This document shows, piece by piece, positions 37,624 to 45,805 of a stretch of 64,000 nucleotides of DNA. Origin of the DNA: a virus (taxonomy: Duplodnaviria; Heunggongvirae; Uroviricota; Caudoviricetes). The DNA lies in the IMG/VR virus record IMGVR_UViG_3300037321_000115; one strand, 5' to 3'. The notes under the pieces are model-generated. The model did not search any database, had not been told where the DNA came from, and worked only from the letters and a program-made list of their open reading frames with translations. A program made the translations under genes and the position numbers. How positions within the stretch are numbered: the first letter of the stretch is position 1; each line of letters opens with the position of its first letter.

Positions 37624-37713
37624 GGTGGTGTCACTACCGTCTTACTCCTCCCAGTGGACAATGCTCGACACCACCTAGACCCCCCATCGGCCTCCCCCGG
37701 TGGGGGTTTTTTT
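37624..37713 (+). ncRNA. Two tandem hairpins with CUCCUCCC / CCUCCC loops, the second a terminator (cuckoo-like sRNA candidate)
   Basis: 9-bp stem GGTGGTGTC/GACACCACC enclosing CTCCTCCC; then CCCCCATCGG-CCTCCC-CCGGTGGGGG-T7. Confidence 0.45.
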
Positions 37714-37781
37714 CTCGGCTTGCTGGAAAAACAAAGCGCGTGTATAGTGACAACGAATTGGTCAGTGATTGACGGAGTACC

Positions 37782-39827
37782 ATGGCTGGGCTGTCCCTAC
37801 TACGCGTCCTAAACAACGACGATCTTGCTCGTGACGAGCAGGAGCGCATCGACCGTGAGGTGCAGGCGCGGCAGAATGATCCGTTCATTCTTGGTCTGGG
37901 CGCGCACGTGCGAACGTGTTGGGACGCCGCACAGCTATCTAAAAAGCCTATTGAAAACATCATGCTGCGCGCCATGCGTCAGCGTAACGGTGAGTATGAG
38001 CCAGACAAACTAGCGCAGATCAGAGACCAAGGCGGCTCTGAAGTGTACATGATGATTACCGAGGTGAAGTGTCGGGCGGCCGAGAGTTGGCTGCGGGACA
38101 TCCTGCTCGACAACGGCACGCCCCCGTGGGACATGATGACGACGCCAATCCCTGACCTGTCGCCAGATCAGACAGCGGAGCTGGAGTCCAGCTTTGCACA
38201 GAAGGTTGTGGGCATGGTGCAGTCCACTGGTATGGCTCCGGACGCAGCGCAGATGTCAGAGCTCAAAGAGCTGGCGGCGCAAGAGTACCGGTTCAAAATT
38301 ATGCAGGCGGCGCAGAACTCCGTCGACCGCATGAAGATCAAGATCGACGACCAGTTCGCGCAAGGCGGTTGGTCCGAAGCCTTCAACGAGTTTATTACTG
38401 ACCTCGTCACGTTCCCGTGTGCGTTCATCAAAGGCCCGATTGTACGGCGGCAGCGGCATCTAGGCTGGAGCAAAGGCCCGGACGGCACCACGCAGGTTGA
38501 GGCCAGTGAGCGGCTGGCACCGGAGTACGAGCGGGTTAGCCCGTTCAATATCTACCCTGAGCCGGGTGTCACGCACATTGACGAAGGGTATCTGTTCGAG
38601 CTGCACAAGCTGAGCAGGACACAGCTGGCGGACCTTATAGGCGTACCGGGCTACGACGATGAGGCGATCCGCGCGACGCTGGACCAAGGCCCATCACAAT
38701 CAAGGATTCAAGATCACATTGAGGCGCAGCGCGAGGAGGAGGAACGCAAGTTCTACACTGAGATGCGCCCGACCGATATGTACGATGCCCTAGAGTTTTG
38801 GGGTAAAGTGAGCGGGAAAATGCTGCGCGAGTGGGGACTCAGCAACGAAGAAGTCCCAGACGAGGCTCGCGAGTACGACGCCAATGTGTGGGTTATAGGG
38901 CGGTACGTCATCAAGGCGGTCCTGAATTATGACCCCTTGGGTGAGAAGCCATACGCCAAGACATCGTTCATTAAGACGCCCGGCGCGTTCTGGGGCCGTG
39001 GTATCCCTGATATCATCGAGGACATTCAGGGCGTGTGCAACGCAGCTGTCCGCGCGTTGGTCAACAACATGGCGATTGCTTCGGGCCCACAGGTCGAGGT
39101 CAACCTCGAGCGTATCCCGCCGAACGAAGACATTACCCAAATCCACCCGTGGAAAATCTGGCAGGTTATGAACGACCCGCTGGGGTCGAGCGCACCAGCT
39201 GTGCGGTTCAACCAGCCAGACTCTCGGGCCAATGAGTTGCTCGGGGTATACGAGCGGTTCTCCAAAATGGCTGACGACCACAGCGGTATCCCGTCCTACA
39301 TCTACGGTGACACCAACGTGCAGGGTGCGGGGCGTACAGCCTCGGGCCTGTCGATGCTGATGGGCTCCGCGGGTAAGGGTATCCGACAGGTCGTGATGCA
39401 CATTGACAACGATGTGATCTACGCCATCGTGCACCGACAGTTCGTGTACAACATGCGGTACGACGAGGACGAAAGCATCAAGGGCGACGCAGAAGTTATT
39501 GCGCGTGGCGCTGTCAACCTCGCCGTTAAAGAGACTGTAAACGTGCGGCGGCTTGAGTTCCTCAACGCCACTGCGAACGAGATCGACATGCAGATCATCG
39601 GTATCGAAGGGCGCGCGGCTATCCTGCGGGAGGTGGCCAAGGGGCTGCAGATGCCAACCGATGAGATCATCCCCTCACGAGACAAGCTAAAGTTTACCGC
39701 GCGCGCCGCGGCCGCAGCGCCGCCGCAGGGGCAGCCTTCGCCAGAGACGCTACAGCCCGGCGGTGCCGAGGCTGGTGGTAACGCAGCGAACACTGTGAGT
39801 AATCGAGATACAGGGGGTGCAGGATGA
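37782..39827 (+). CDS. Portal protein
   Basis: 681 aa after terL; YERVSPFNIYP, FWGRGIPD, GAGRTASGLSML; size and position typical. Confidence 0.88.
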   Translation: MAGLSLLRVLNNDDLARDEQERIDREVQARQNDPFILGLGAHVRTCWDAAQLSKKPIENIMLRAMRQRNGEYEPDKLAQIRDQGGSEVYMMITEVKCRAAESWLRDILLDNGTPPWDMMTTPIPDLSPDQTAELESSFAQKVVGMVQSTGMAPDAAQMSELKELAAQEYRFKIMQAAQNSVDRMKIKIDDQFAQGGWSEAFNEFITDLVTFPCAFIKGPIVRRQRHLGWSKGPDGTTQVEASERLAPEYERVSPFNIYPEPGVTHIDEGYLFELHKLSRTQLADLIGVPGYDDEAIRATLDQGPSQSRIQDHIEAQREEEERKFYTEMRPTDMYDALEFWGKVSGKMLREWGLSNEEVPDEAREYDANVWVIGRYVIKAVLNYDPLGEKPYAKTSFIKTPGAFWGRGIPDIIEDIQGVCNAAVRALVNNMAIASGPQVEVNLERIPPNEDITQIHPWKIWQVMNDPLGSSAPAVRFNQPDSRANELLGVYERFSKMADDHSGIPSYIYGDTNVQGAGRTASGLSMLMGSAGKGIRQVVMHIDNDVIYAIVHRQFVYNMRYDEDESIKGDAEVIARGAVNLAVKETVNVRRLEFLNATANEIDMQIIGIEGRAAILREVAKGLQMPTDEIIPSRDKLKFTARAAAAAPPQGQPSPETLQPGGAEAGGNAANTVSNRDTGGAG

Positions 39828-40051
39828 TCCGACCATCCCCTGACGTTGTGAAGGCCCTTGCAATCACGATGCGCCAATACCCAGAAGTTTTAGACTGGTT
39901 GGGAGAATGGCAGCGTCACGAATTGGATAGGCTGCCCAACGTAACGCAGAACGTGGCATTTGCGCAGGGGCGATGTCAGGTTCTAGGCGAGCTGTATAAG
40001 CTCGTACAACATGCCCCTGATTTGGTAGCAGAGCCCACGAGGGGTAGCTGA
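39824..40051 (+). CDS. Small conserved protein between portal and scaffold
   Basis: AFAQGRCQVLGEL motif; ATGA coupling. Confidence 0.7.
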   Translation: MIRPSPDVVKALAITMRQYPEVLDWLGEWQRHELDRLPNVTQNVAFAQGRCQVLGELYKLVQHAPDLVAEPTRGS

Positions 40052-40086
40052 CCGTTTAACCGCGCACACCGAGAGGAGCGTTCAAC

Positions 40087-41073
40087 ATGGCTATGCCAGC
40101 ACAAGTCCGTAAACAGTCTGAGGCCGTCGCCAAGCTGTATGAAGAACTCAACACCGATTCCGTTACTGAGGTAGCGGAAGGTGAGGAAGTCGTACAGCCT
40201 GTAGAAGCCTACAGTGAGACGGAGGAGGCACCCGAGTCCCAGCCTACCGAGCACGGGCAAAAGGACAACCAGACCCAAGAGACTGCTGAGCAGCGTTACC
40301 GCACCCTTCAAGGGATGTACAACGCTGATACAGCCCGGTTACGGGCCGAGAACCAGCATTTGAGCACCCGACTGACCCAAATAGAACAGCTAATGTCCAC
40401 GCTCTCCGCGCAGCCGACGGCCCAAATTGACACGGGTAAGAAGTTCGTTACAGAGCAGGATGTGGAGGATTACGGCGATTCTGTCGACCTGATGCGGCGA
40501 GTTACCCGTGAGGAAACTCTATCACAGGCCAGAGAGATTGAGGAGCTACGTGGTACACTCCGCCAGCTCCAGACAAGCGTACTCCCCCGCGTAGAGCAGG
40601 TTGTGCAGAACCAAGCACATTCTGCTGAGCAGAGTTTTTGGGCGGAACTAGGACGGCTTGCGCCAGATTGGCGCGATATCAATGCCGACCAAGGGTTCCA
40701 TAGTTGGCTTTTGGAGGTAGACCCTCTGTCGGGATTGACCCGCCAGACCTTCCTCGACAATGCACAGCGCAGCCAAGACGCGCGCCGCGTTGCTCAATTC
40801 TTCGAGTCGTGGCAGGGCCAAGCAGGCCAATCTGTTGCTCAGACCACTCGGCACGCCGCCGCAAGTCAGCTTGAGAAGCAAGTCTCTCCCGGTAAAGGGC
40901 GTTCGGGTAGTACCCCGAGCGGGTCACCCAGTAAGACTTACAACCCCGAGGCCATCGCGCAGTTCTACGCGGATGTTCGGCAGGGGCGCTTCAAGGGCAA
41001 GGACGAGGAGCGTGCTCGCATTGAACGCGATATCTTCGCCGCACAGCGCGAAGGTCGCATAACCAACGGTTAG
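40087..41073 (+). CDS. Capsid scaffolding protein
   Basis: Acidic/coiled coil; EQRYRTLQGMYN; C-terminal ARIERDIFAAQREGR; precedes the capsid gene. Confidence 0.8.
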   Translation: MAMPAQVRKQSEAVAKLYEELNTDSVTEVAEGEEVVQPVEAYSETEEAPESQPTEHGQKDNQTQETAEQRYRTLQGMYNADTARLRAENQHLSTRLTQIEQLMSTLSAQPTAQIDTGKKFVTEQDVEDYGDSVDLMRRVTREETLSQAREIEELRGTLRQLQTSVLPRVEQVVQNQAHSAEQSFWAELGRLAPDWRDINADQGFHSWLLEVDPLSGLTRQTFLDNAQRSQDARRVAQFFESWQGQAGQSVAQTTRHAAASQLEKQVSPGKGRSGSTPSGSPSKTYNPEAIAQFYADVRQGRFKGKDEERARIERDIFAAQREGRITNG

Positions 41074-41087
41074 ATAGGATCACAACC

Positions 41088-42014
41088 ATGGTATACCCCG
41101 TTGCCCCCGGTCGGCCCAACTACTCTGGGAACTTCATCCCTGAGATTTGGTCTGGCAAACTGATCGAGAACTTCTACGACGCCACTGTGCTCGCAGCGAT
41201 CTCGAACACCGACTACGAAGGCGAGATCAAGAGCATGGGTGATACGGTCAATATCCGTACCCAGCCCAACATCACGATTCGTGAGTACGTCAAGGGTCAG
41301 AACCTTGTCGTAGAAACCCCTGACAAGCCGAAACTTCAGCTGGTCATTGACAAGGGCGAGTACTTCTCCTGCATCGAAGACGATGTGGACAAGGTGCAGA
41401 CCGACGTGAACCTGATGGACATGTGGTCGAAAGACGCATCCGAGCAGATGAAGATCAAGATCGACCAACGCGTCTTGACCGACATGCTGCCAAACATTGG
41501 CTCGCTCAACCGCGGCGCTACTGCCGGTGCTAAGTCTACCTCGTTCAACCTCGGTACGGCTGGCGCTCCGCTGACCATCACCAAGGACGGCGCGTCTTCG
41601 ACTGTGTCCATCGTCGACCTTATCGTCGATATGGGTACTGTTCTGGACGAGGCGAACTGCCCTGAGAGCGACCGCTTCTTGGTTATTCCAGCTCGTGCAG
41701 CTGGTCTCATTAAGAAGTCCGAGCTGAAGGATGCCTCGCTTACCGGTGACAGCACTACTCCGCTGCGCAACGGCCGTCTCGGCATGATCGACCGCTTCAC
41801 CATCTACGTGTCGCACAACCTGAATGTCACCGCCGGTAACACGTCGTTGATCTCGGGGCACAAGATGGGCTTCACCTTTGCCACACAGATGACCGAGATG
41901 GAAACTCTCCGTGCTCAGTCTACGTTTGGTAATATCATCCGCGGTATGCAGGTGTATGGTTATCAGGTTGTAAAGCCTGAGGCGCTGTCCACTGCAGTCG
42001 TCAACTTCGCGTAA
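41088..42014 (+). CDS. Major capsid protein (P22-coat / podovirus-like)
   Basis: FIPEIWSGKLIENFY, NTDYEGEIKSMGDTVNI, LRNGRLGMIDRF, RGMQVYGYQVVKPEAL. Confidence 0.9.
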   Translation: MVYPVAPGRPNYSGNFIPEIWSGKLIENFYDATVLAAISNTDYEGEIKSMGDTVNIRTQPNITIREYVKGQNLVVETPDKPKLQLVIDKGEYFSCIEDDVDKVQTDVNLMDMWSKDASEQMKIKIDQRVLTDMLPNIGSLNRGATAGAKSTSFNLGTAGAPLTITKDGASSTVSIVDLIVDMGTVLDEANCPESDRFLVIPARAAGLIKKSELKDASLTGDSTTPLRNGRLGMIDRFTIYVSHNLNVTAGNTSLISGHKMGFTFATQMTEMETLRAQSTFGNIIRGMQVYGYQVVKPEALSTAVVNFA

Positions 42015-42027
42015 GGAGGGCTAACCA

Positions 42028-42501
42028 ATGGTTGCTTACACCGACTCGTTGGGGTTCTATAAGAACTCCGCAGGCTTTACAGCCAACTACACCGACCGCG
42101 TGAGCGTCATCGAGATTGATCTCGACTTCGCCAAGATTGCAGCAGCTCGTTCTGCTGCAAGCGCCGCTGCTCTGGGAGCCGCGGACACGCTGGTCATTGG
42201 CACTCTGCCCGCAGGTGCGTACGTGGTGGCGACTGCCGTCACTGTTGTACGTGCTGAAGGCGCAGTAGCTACCATCGACCTTGGTGTGACGGGTACTCCC
42301 GCGCTCTGGGGCAACGATGTTGACGTAAACGCGGCAGTTGGCACCACCGCCGCTCTGGCGACCGGGGCGTACTACGCTGCAGTCGACACAGGCGTACTGC
42401 TGACTGTCAACACAGCCGCTACCGATGCAGCTCGCATCAAAGTGTCGCTGGCCGTGGTCAACATGGGTGCCGATCTCGGCACGATTCCAAACGTAACATA
42501 A
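42028..42501 (+). CDS. Capsid decoration / cement protein
   Basis: AAGGAGG RBS; beta-rich, Ala-rich; immediately after the MCP. Confidence 0.65.
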   Translation: MVAYTDSLGFYKNSAGFTANYTDRVSVIEIDLDFAKIAAARSAASAAALGAADTLVIGTLPAGAYVVATAVTVVRAEGAVATIDLGVTGTPALWGNDVDVNAAVGTTAALATGAYYAAVDTGVLLTVNTAATDAARIKVSLAVVNMGADLGTIPNVT

Positions 42502-42506
42502 CGGTC

Positions 42507-42524
42507 GGGGCCCTTCGGGGCCCC
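42507..42524 (+). terminator. UUCG hairpin after the capsid operon
   Basis: GGGGCCC-TTCG-GGGCCCC; no immediate U-tract. Confidence 0.55.
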
Positions 42525-42547
42525 AACTACCATTTGGGGTGTGCGCG

Positions 42548-43468
42548 ATGACTACCAACCTGACAGCGAACAAAATCAAAGACACGTACAGCCAGCTGCT
42601 GCACGTCGACGGCGGGCCGGCGGCTACCGAGAAGGTCGTCTACAGCGGCACGGGCGTTGCCACAGCCCTGAAGGTCGGTACAGTGTCCGCCTCGGCTGGC
42701 AACGTACGCATCGCGGGCAACACGATCAGCAGCATTGACGAGAACGGTGACATCACCTTGAGCCCCAATGGGACTGGCTCGGTGGTTATCCCCAAGATAG
42801 ATTTTACTGACCCCGCGCAGGCGCGGGCTGAGCTTGGTCTCGGGACTGCCGCGCTGGATGACACAGGCGACTTCGCCACAGCCGCGCAGGGTGCGCTGGC
42901 TGATAGCGCGCTGCAGCCCGGAGACTTCGCCACAGCCGCGCAGGGTGCGCTGGCTGATAGCGCGCTGCAGCCCGGAGACCCAATCAGCGTGGCCTTTGGC
43001 GACGTGACCGGGCGGGCGCACGGAATCTTCTACGACCTCAGCGACCAGACATTTACTGCAGATACAGCTACAGTTGTAGAGTTCGACACAACCGGGCTTG
43101 CAGCTGGGGTGTCGGTCACGAGCAGTACGCGGATCACGTTTGCGGCTGCAGGGGTGTACGAGATTGCATCCCGCCTTCAGTTTCAGAACACCGATAACAA
43201 TGACCACGACGCGGAGGTGTGGTTCCGACTGAACGGTACGGACATCCCGAACTCAGCGTCTGAGCTGGTGATACCCAAGTCTTCTGACGGCGGCGTTACT
43301 TGTCAGGCTGTTACCGGACTCCTACAAGTCACAGCGGGGCAGTACCTTGAAGTCGTCGTTGCTGTGGAAAACGCCGGGGTGACTTTGCACCATGTAGATG
43401 CACAGACTGTGCCCTACAACCGCCCAGTGATACCTGCGGTTATCCTCGTAGTGAATAGGATTGCGTAA
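42548..43468 (+). CDS. Head/tail fibre-like protein with C-terminal C1q/TNF-like beta-sandwich
   Basis: GNVRIAGNTISSIDENGDITLSPNGTG fibre motif; ATAAQGALADSALQ repeat; STRITFAAAGVYEI. Confidence 0.65.
   Translation: MTTNLTANKIKDTYSQLLHVDGGPAATEKVVYSGTGVATALKVGTVSASAGNVRIAGNTISSIDENGDITLSPNGTGSVVIPKIDFTDPAQARAELGLGTAALDDTGDFATAAQGALADSALQPGDFATAAQGALADSALQPGDPISVAFGDVTGRAHGIFYDLSDQTFTADTATVVEFDTTGLAAGVSVTSSTRITFAAAGVYEIASRLQFQNTDNNDHDAEVWFRLNGTDIPNSASELVIPKSSDGGVTCQAVTGLLQVTAGQYLEVVVAVENAGVTLHHVDAQTVPYNRPVIPAVILVVNRIA
42869..42979 (+). repeat. Exact 54-nt tandem duplication (DFATAAQGALADSALQPG x2)
   Basis: GACTTCGCC...CCCGGA occurs at 42869 and 42923. Confidence 0.9.
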
Positions 43469-43722
43469 TGGCTAAGAGCCCTGCTTGGACCCGCAAGGAA
43501 GGCAAGGACCCGAAGGGGGGCCTGAACGCCAAGGGGCGCGCGTCCTACAACAAGGCCAACCCGGGTAAGCCGGGACTCAAGGCCCCGCAGCCTGAGGGCG
43601 GCTCGCGTAAGAAGTCGTTCTGCGCGCGGATGGAGGGCATGAAGAAAAAGCTCACCTCTGCCAAGACCGCCAACGACCCGAACAGCCGGATCAATAAATC
43701 CCTCAGAGCGTGGAAGTGCTGA
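43468..43722 (+). CDS. Small Lys-rich conserved phage protein (DUF6321-like)
   Basis: KDPKGGLNAKGRASYN, RKKSFCARM, SRINKSLRAWKC. Confidence 0.75.
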   Translation: MAKSPAWTRKEGKDPKGGLNAKGRASYNKANPGKPGLKAPQPEGGSRKKSFCARMEGMKKKLTSAKTANDPNSRINKSLRAWKC

Positions 43723-43898
43723 TGGCAGACAAAGGTTCCCCCAAGCCGACCAACCCATCGCTTTGGTCGAGCGTCAAGGCGCAGGCCAAGAAGAAGTTCG
43801 ATGTGTACCCGAGCGCGTACGCTAATGCGTGGGCCTCCAAGGAGTACAAGAAGCGCGGCGGCGGTTGGAAAGGCCCAGACAACCGGGTGAAGAAATGA
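43722..43898 (+). CDS. Small Lys-rich conserved phage protein (DUF5872-like)
   Basis: KFDVYPSAYANAWASKEYKKRGG; TGATG coupling. Confidence 0.75.
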   Translation: MADKGSPKPTNPSLWSSVKAQAKKKFDVYPSAYANAWASKEYKKRGGGWKGPDNRVKK

Positions 43899-44131
43899 GC
43901 AAGGGCGGCCTCGGCAAATGGTTCGGGGAGAAGTGGGTCGACGTGAAGACCGGCAAACCCTGCGGCCGCTCCGGGGCTGAGAAGTCCAGCCGTTCATACC
44001 CAGCCTGCAGACCGCAGAAAGCAGCAAGTAAGATGACTACCGCGGAAAAGCGCAGTATGGCTGCAAAGAAGACCGGACCAGAGCGAAAGAGCTGGCCAGT
44101 AAAACCCTCAGGGAAAAGGACCAAAAAATGA
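43895..44131 (+). CDS. Small Lys-rich conserved phage protein
   Basis: MSKGGLGKWFGEKWVDVKTGKPCGRS...YPACRP; ATGA coupling. Confidence 0.75.
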   Translation: MSKGGLGKWFGEKWVDVKTGKPCGRSGAEKSSRSYPACRPQKAASKMTTAEKRSMAAKKTGPERKSWPVKPSGKRTKK

Positions 44132-44385
44132 CACAACGTTGGCTCAAGCACGTAGACGACGGGTACATCTTTGGGTGGACTCCAGACCTATCGAAGAACC
44201 ACAAGCTCTTTGAAGTCACCGAAGAAGAAGCGTTCCCGGAAAAGTTTGTTCCTAAGAAGCTGGTAACCAAAGCCACGACAAGTAAGAAGAAACCACTTAA
44301 CGTTTCTACAGATGACATCCCAGCAGAACCGCAGTATACTTCGCCCGAGATAGACGCTGACGCCTCAAGGGACTTGCCTGAATGA
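44128..44385 (+). CDS. Hypothetical protein
   Basis: ATGA-coupled at both ends. Confidence 0.7.
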   Translation: MTQRWLKHVDDGYIFGWTPDLSKNHKLFEVTEEEAFPEKFVPKKLVTKATTSKKKPLNVSTDDIPAEPQYTSPEIDADASRDLPE

Positions 44386-45026
44386 CAGCTGCTGAGGTCA
44401 TAACCGAAGTCCGCACGCTGGTGCAGGATACTCGCGCGCCGTATCGGTACTCCGATGCGGTGCTGCTGCGCTTCCTAAATCAGACTGTGCGTCGGATGGC
44501 CGCGATCAGACCGGACCTGTTCACTGTGATCGGAGAGATTCCGACCATTGCCGGTACTGTAGTACAGCGCATACCCACCTCTGGCATCCGGCTTGTAGAA
44601 ATCTACAACGTGCAGGGCGGTGGGGTACTCACTGAGGTAAACAAGGACGCGCTCGACCAGACAGCCCCGATGTGGCGCTCGTCAGCTGCTGGGGTACCCG
44701 TGAACTACGTCCGGCACGTACGGAACCCCGGGATGTTTTTCCTCTACCCAGCACCACAGAGCGGCACTGTTCTAGTAGCCGAGTATTCTGAGACGCCTGC
44801 GCTGTATGCGCTGGGGGACACGATCACTGTGCCGGGCGACGCGTACACTCCGACGCTTGTAAACGGAATCGTGTACCTGACTCAGTCGATTGACGACGAG
44901 CACGTGAACTCTGGCCGGGCGAAACTGTTTAACGATGCGTTCGTCCAAGACCTTATCGCTGACATGAAGACGCAGCAGCTGACCGACACAGACGCTGGCA
45001 GCCTAGACCCGAAACAGGTAGTGTAA
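44382..45026 (+). CDS. Head-tail adaptor-like protein (DUF6682-like)
   Basis: VRTLVQD...RYSDAVLLRFLN, FFLYPAP motifs. Confidence 0.7.
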   Translation: MTAAEVITEVRTLVQDTRAPYRYSDAVLLRFLNQTVRRMAAIRPDLFTVIGEIPTIAGTVVQRIPTSGIRLVEIYNVQGGGVLTEVNKDALDQTAPMWRSSAAGVPVNYVRHVRNPGMFFLYPAPQSGTVLVAEYSETPALYALGDTITVPGDAYTPTLVNGIVYLTQSIDDEHVNSGRAKLFNDAFVQDLIADMKTQQLTDTDAGSLDPKQVV

Positions 45027-45790
45027 TGGCAGATCGCGCGTTTAGCTCACTCATTCCGCGGATTAACTCCAGCGTACCGGGGTGTCCGCAACCGCTCATG
45101 GAGCAGGCGATCCGCAATACCGCGATTCGGTCCTGCGAACGTACCCTGTTTTGGCGGCACGTCGAGCCCGTGGTGACGGTGAGCCCGGGGGTGCACCAGT
45201 ACTTCTACCGCAAGCCTCAGAACACCGATGTCCATGCTGTGTTCGAAGCGACTATCAATGACAGCGCACTGGAGCGGCTGACACTGGAGCAAGCCTTGCA
45301 TAAGTACCCACAGTGGGCCGACCTGTACGCAGGCGTGTCGTATGAGGAGCTGTGGGCTGGCTCAGGGGCGCTTAATGGAGCGGCGTACAATGAGCAGGGG
45401 CTAAACGCCGGGGCGGCGTTCCAAATGCCTGAGGCGGCACTGGATGGTGCGTCAGAGCCGCGTGCAATGACGCAGCTAACCCCGGACCAATACGTGCTGC
45501 TGCCCCTTCCGGACGATGACGATCCGTATCGGCTGCGGCTGGTGTACGCACTTAAACCGAAGCGAACCGCCGAGGGTATGCCGCAGTATTTGTTCGATGA
45601 GATCGAGGACGTATTGTTCCATGGCGCTCTGCAGGAACTTCTGGTATTACCAAACGGAGCGTGGGGCGACCGAGAGCTGGCCGCCTACCACGCCAAGCAG
45701 TACCTTTCACACGTGACAGAGCGTAGAGCACGTGCTAATTTGGGCAACATGCGCGGGACTATGGCAGTGCAAATGCGGCCCTTCGTATGA
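45026..45790 (+). CDS. Second head-tail adaptor / connector-like protein
   Basis: VPGCPQPLMEQAIRNTAIRSCERT, ALKPKRTAEGMP motifs; TAATG coupling. Confidence 0.65.
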   Translation: MADRAFSSLIPRINSSVPGCPQPLMEQAIRNTAIRSCERTLFWRHVEPVVTVSPGVHQYFYRKPQNTDVHAVFEATINDSALERLTLEQALHKYPQWADLYAGVSYEELWAGSGALNGAAYNEQGLNAGAAFQMPEAALDGASEPRAMTQLTPDQYVLLPLPDDDDPYRLRLVYALKPKRTAEGMPQYLFDEIEDVLFHGALQELLVLPNGAWGDRELAAYHAKQYLSHVTERRARANLGNMRGTMAVQMRPFV

Positions 45791-45805
45791 TGACGGAGTC
45801 TGTTA

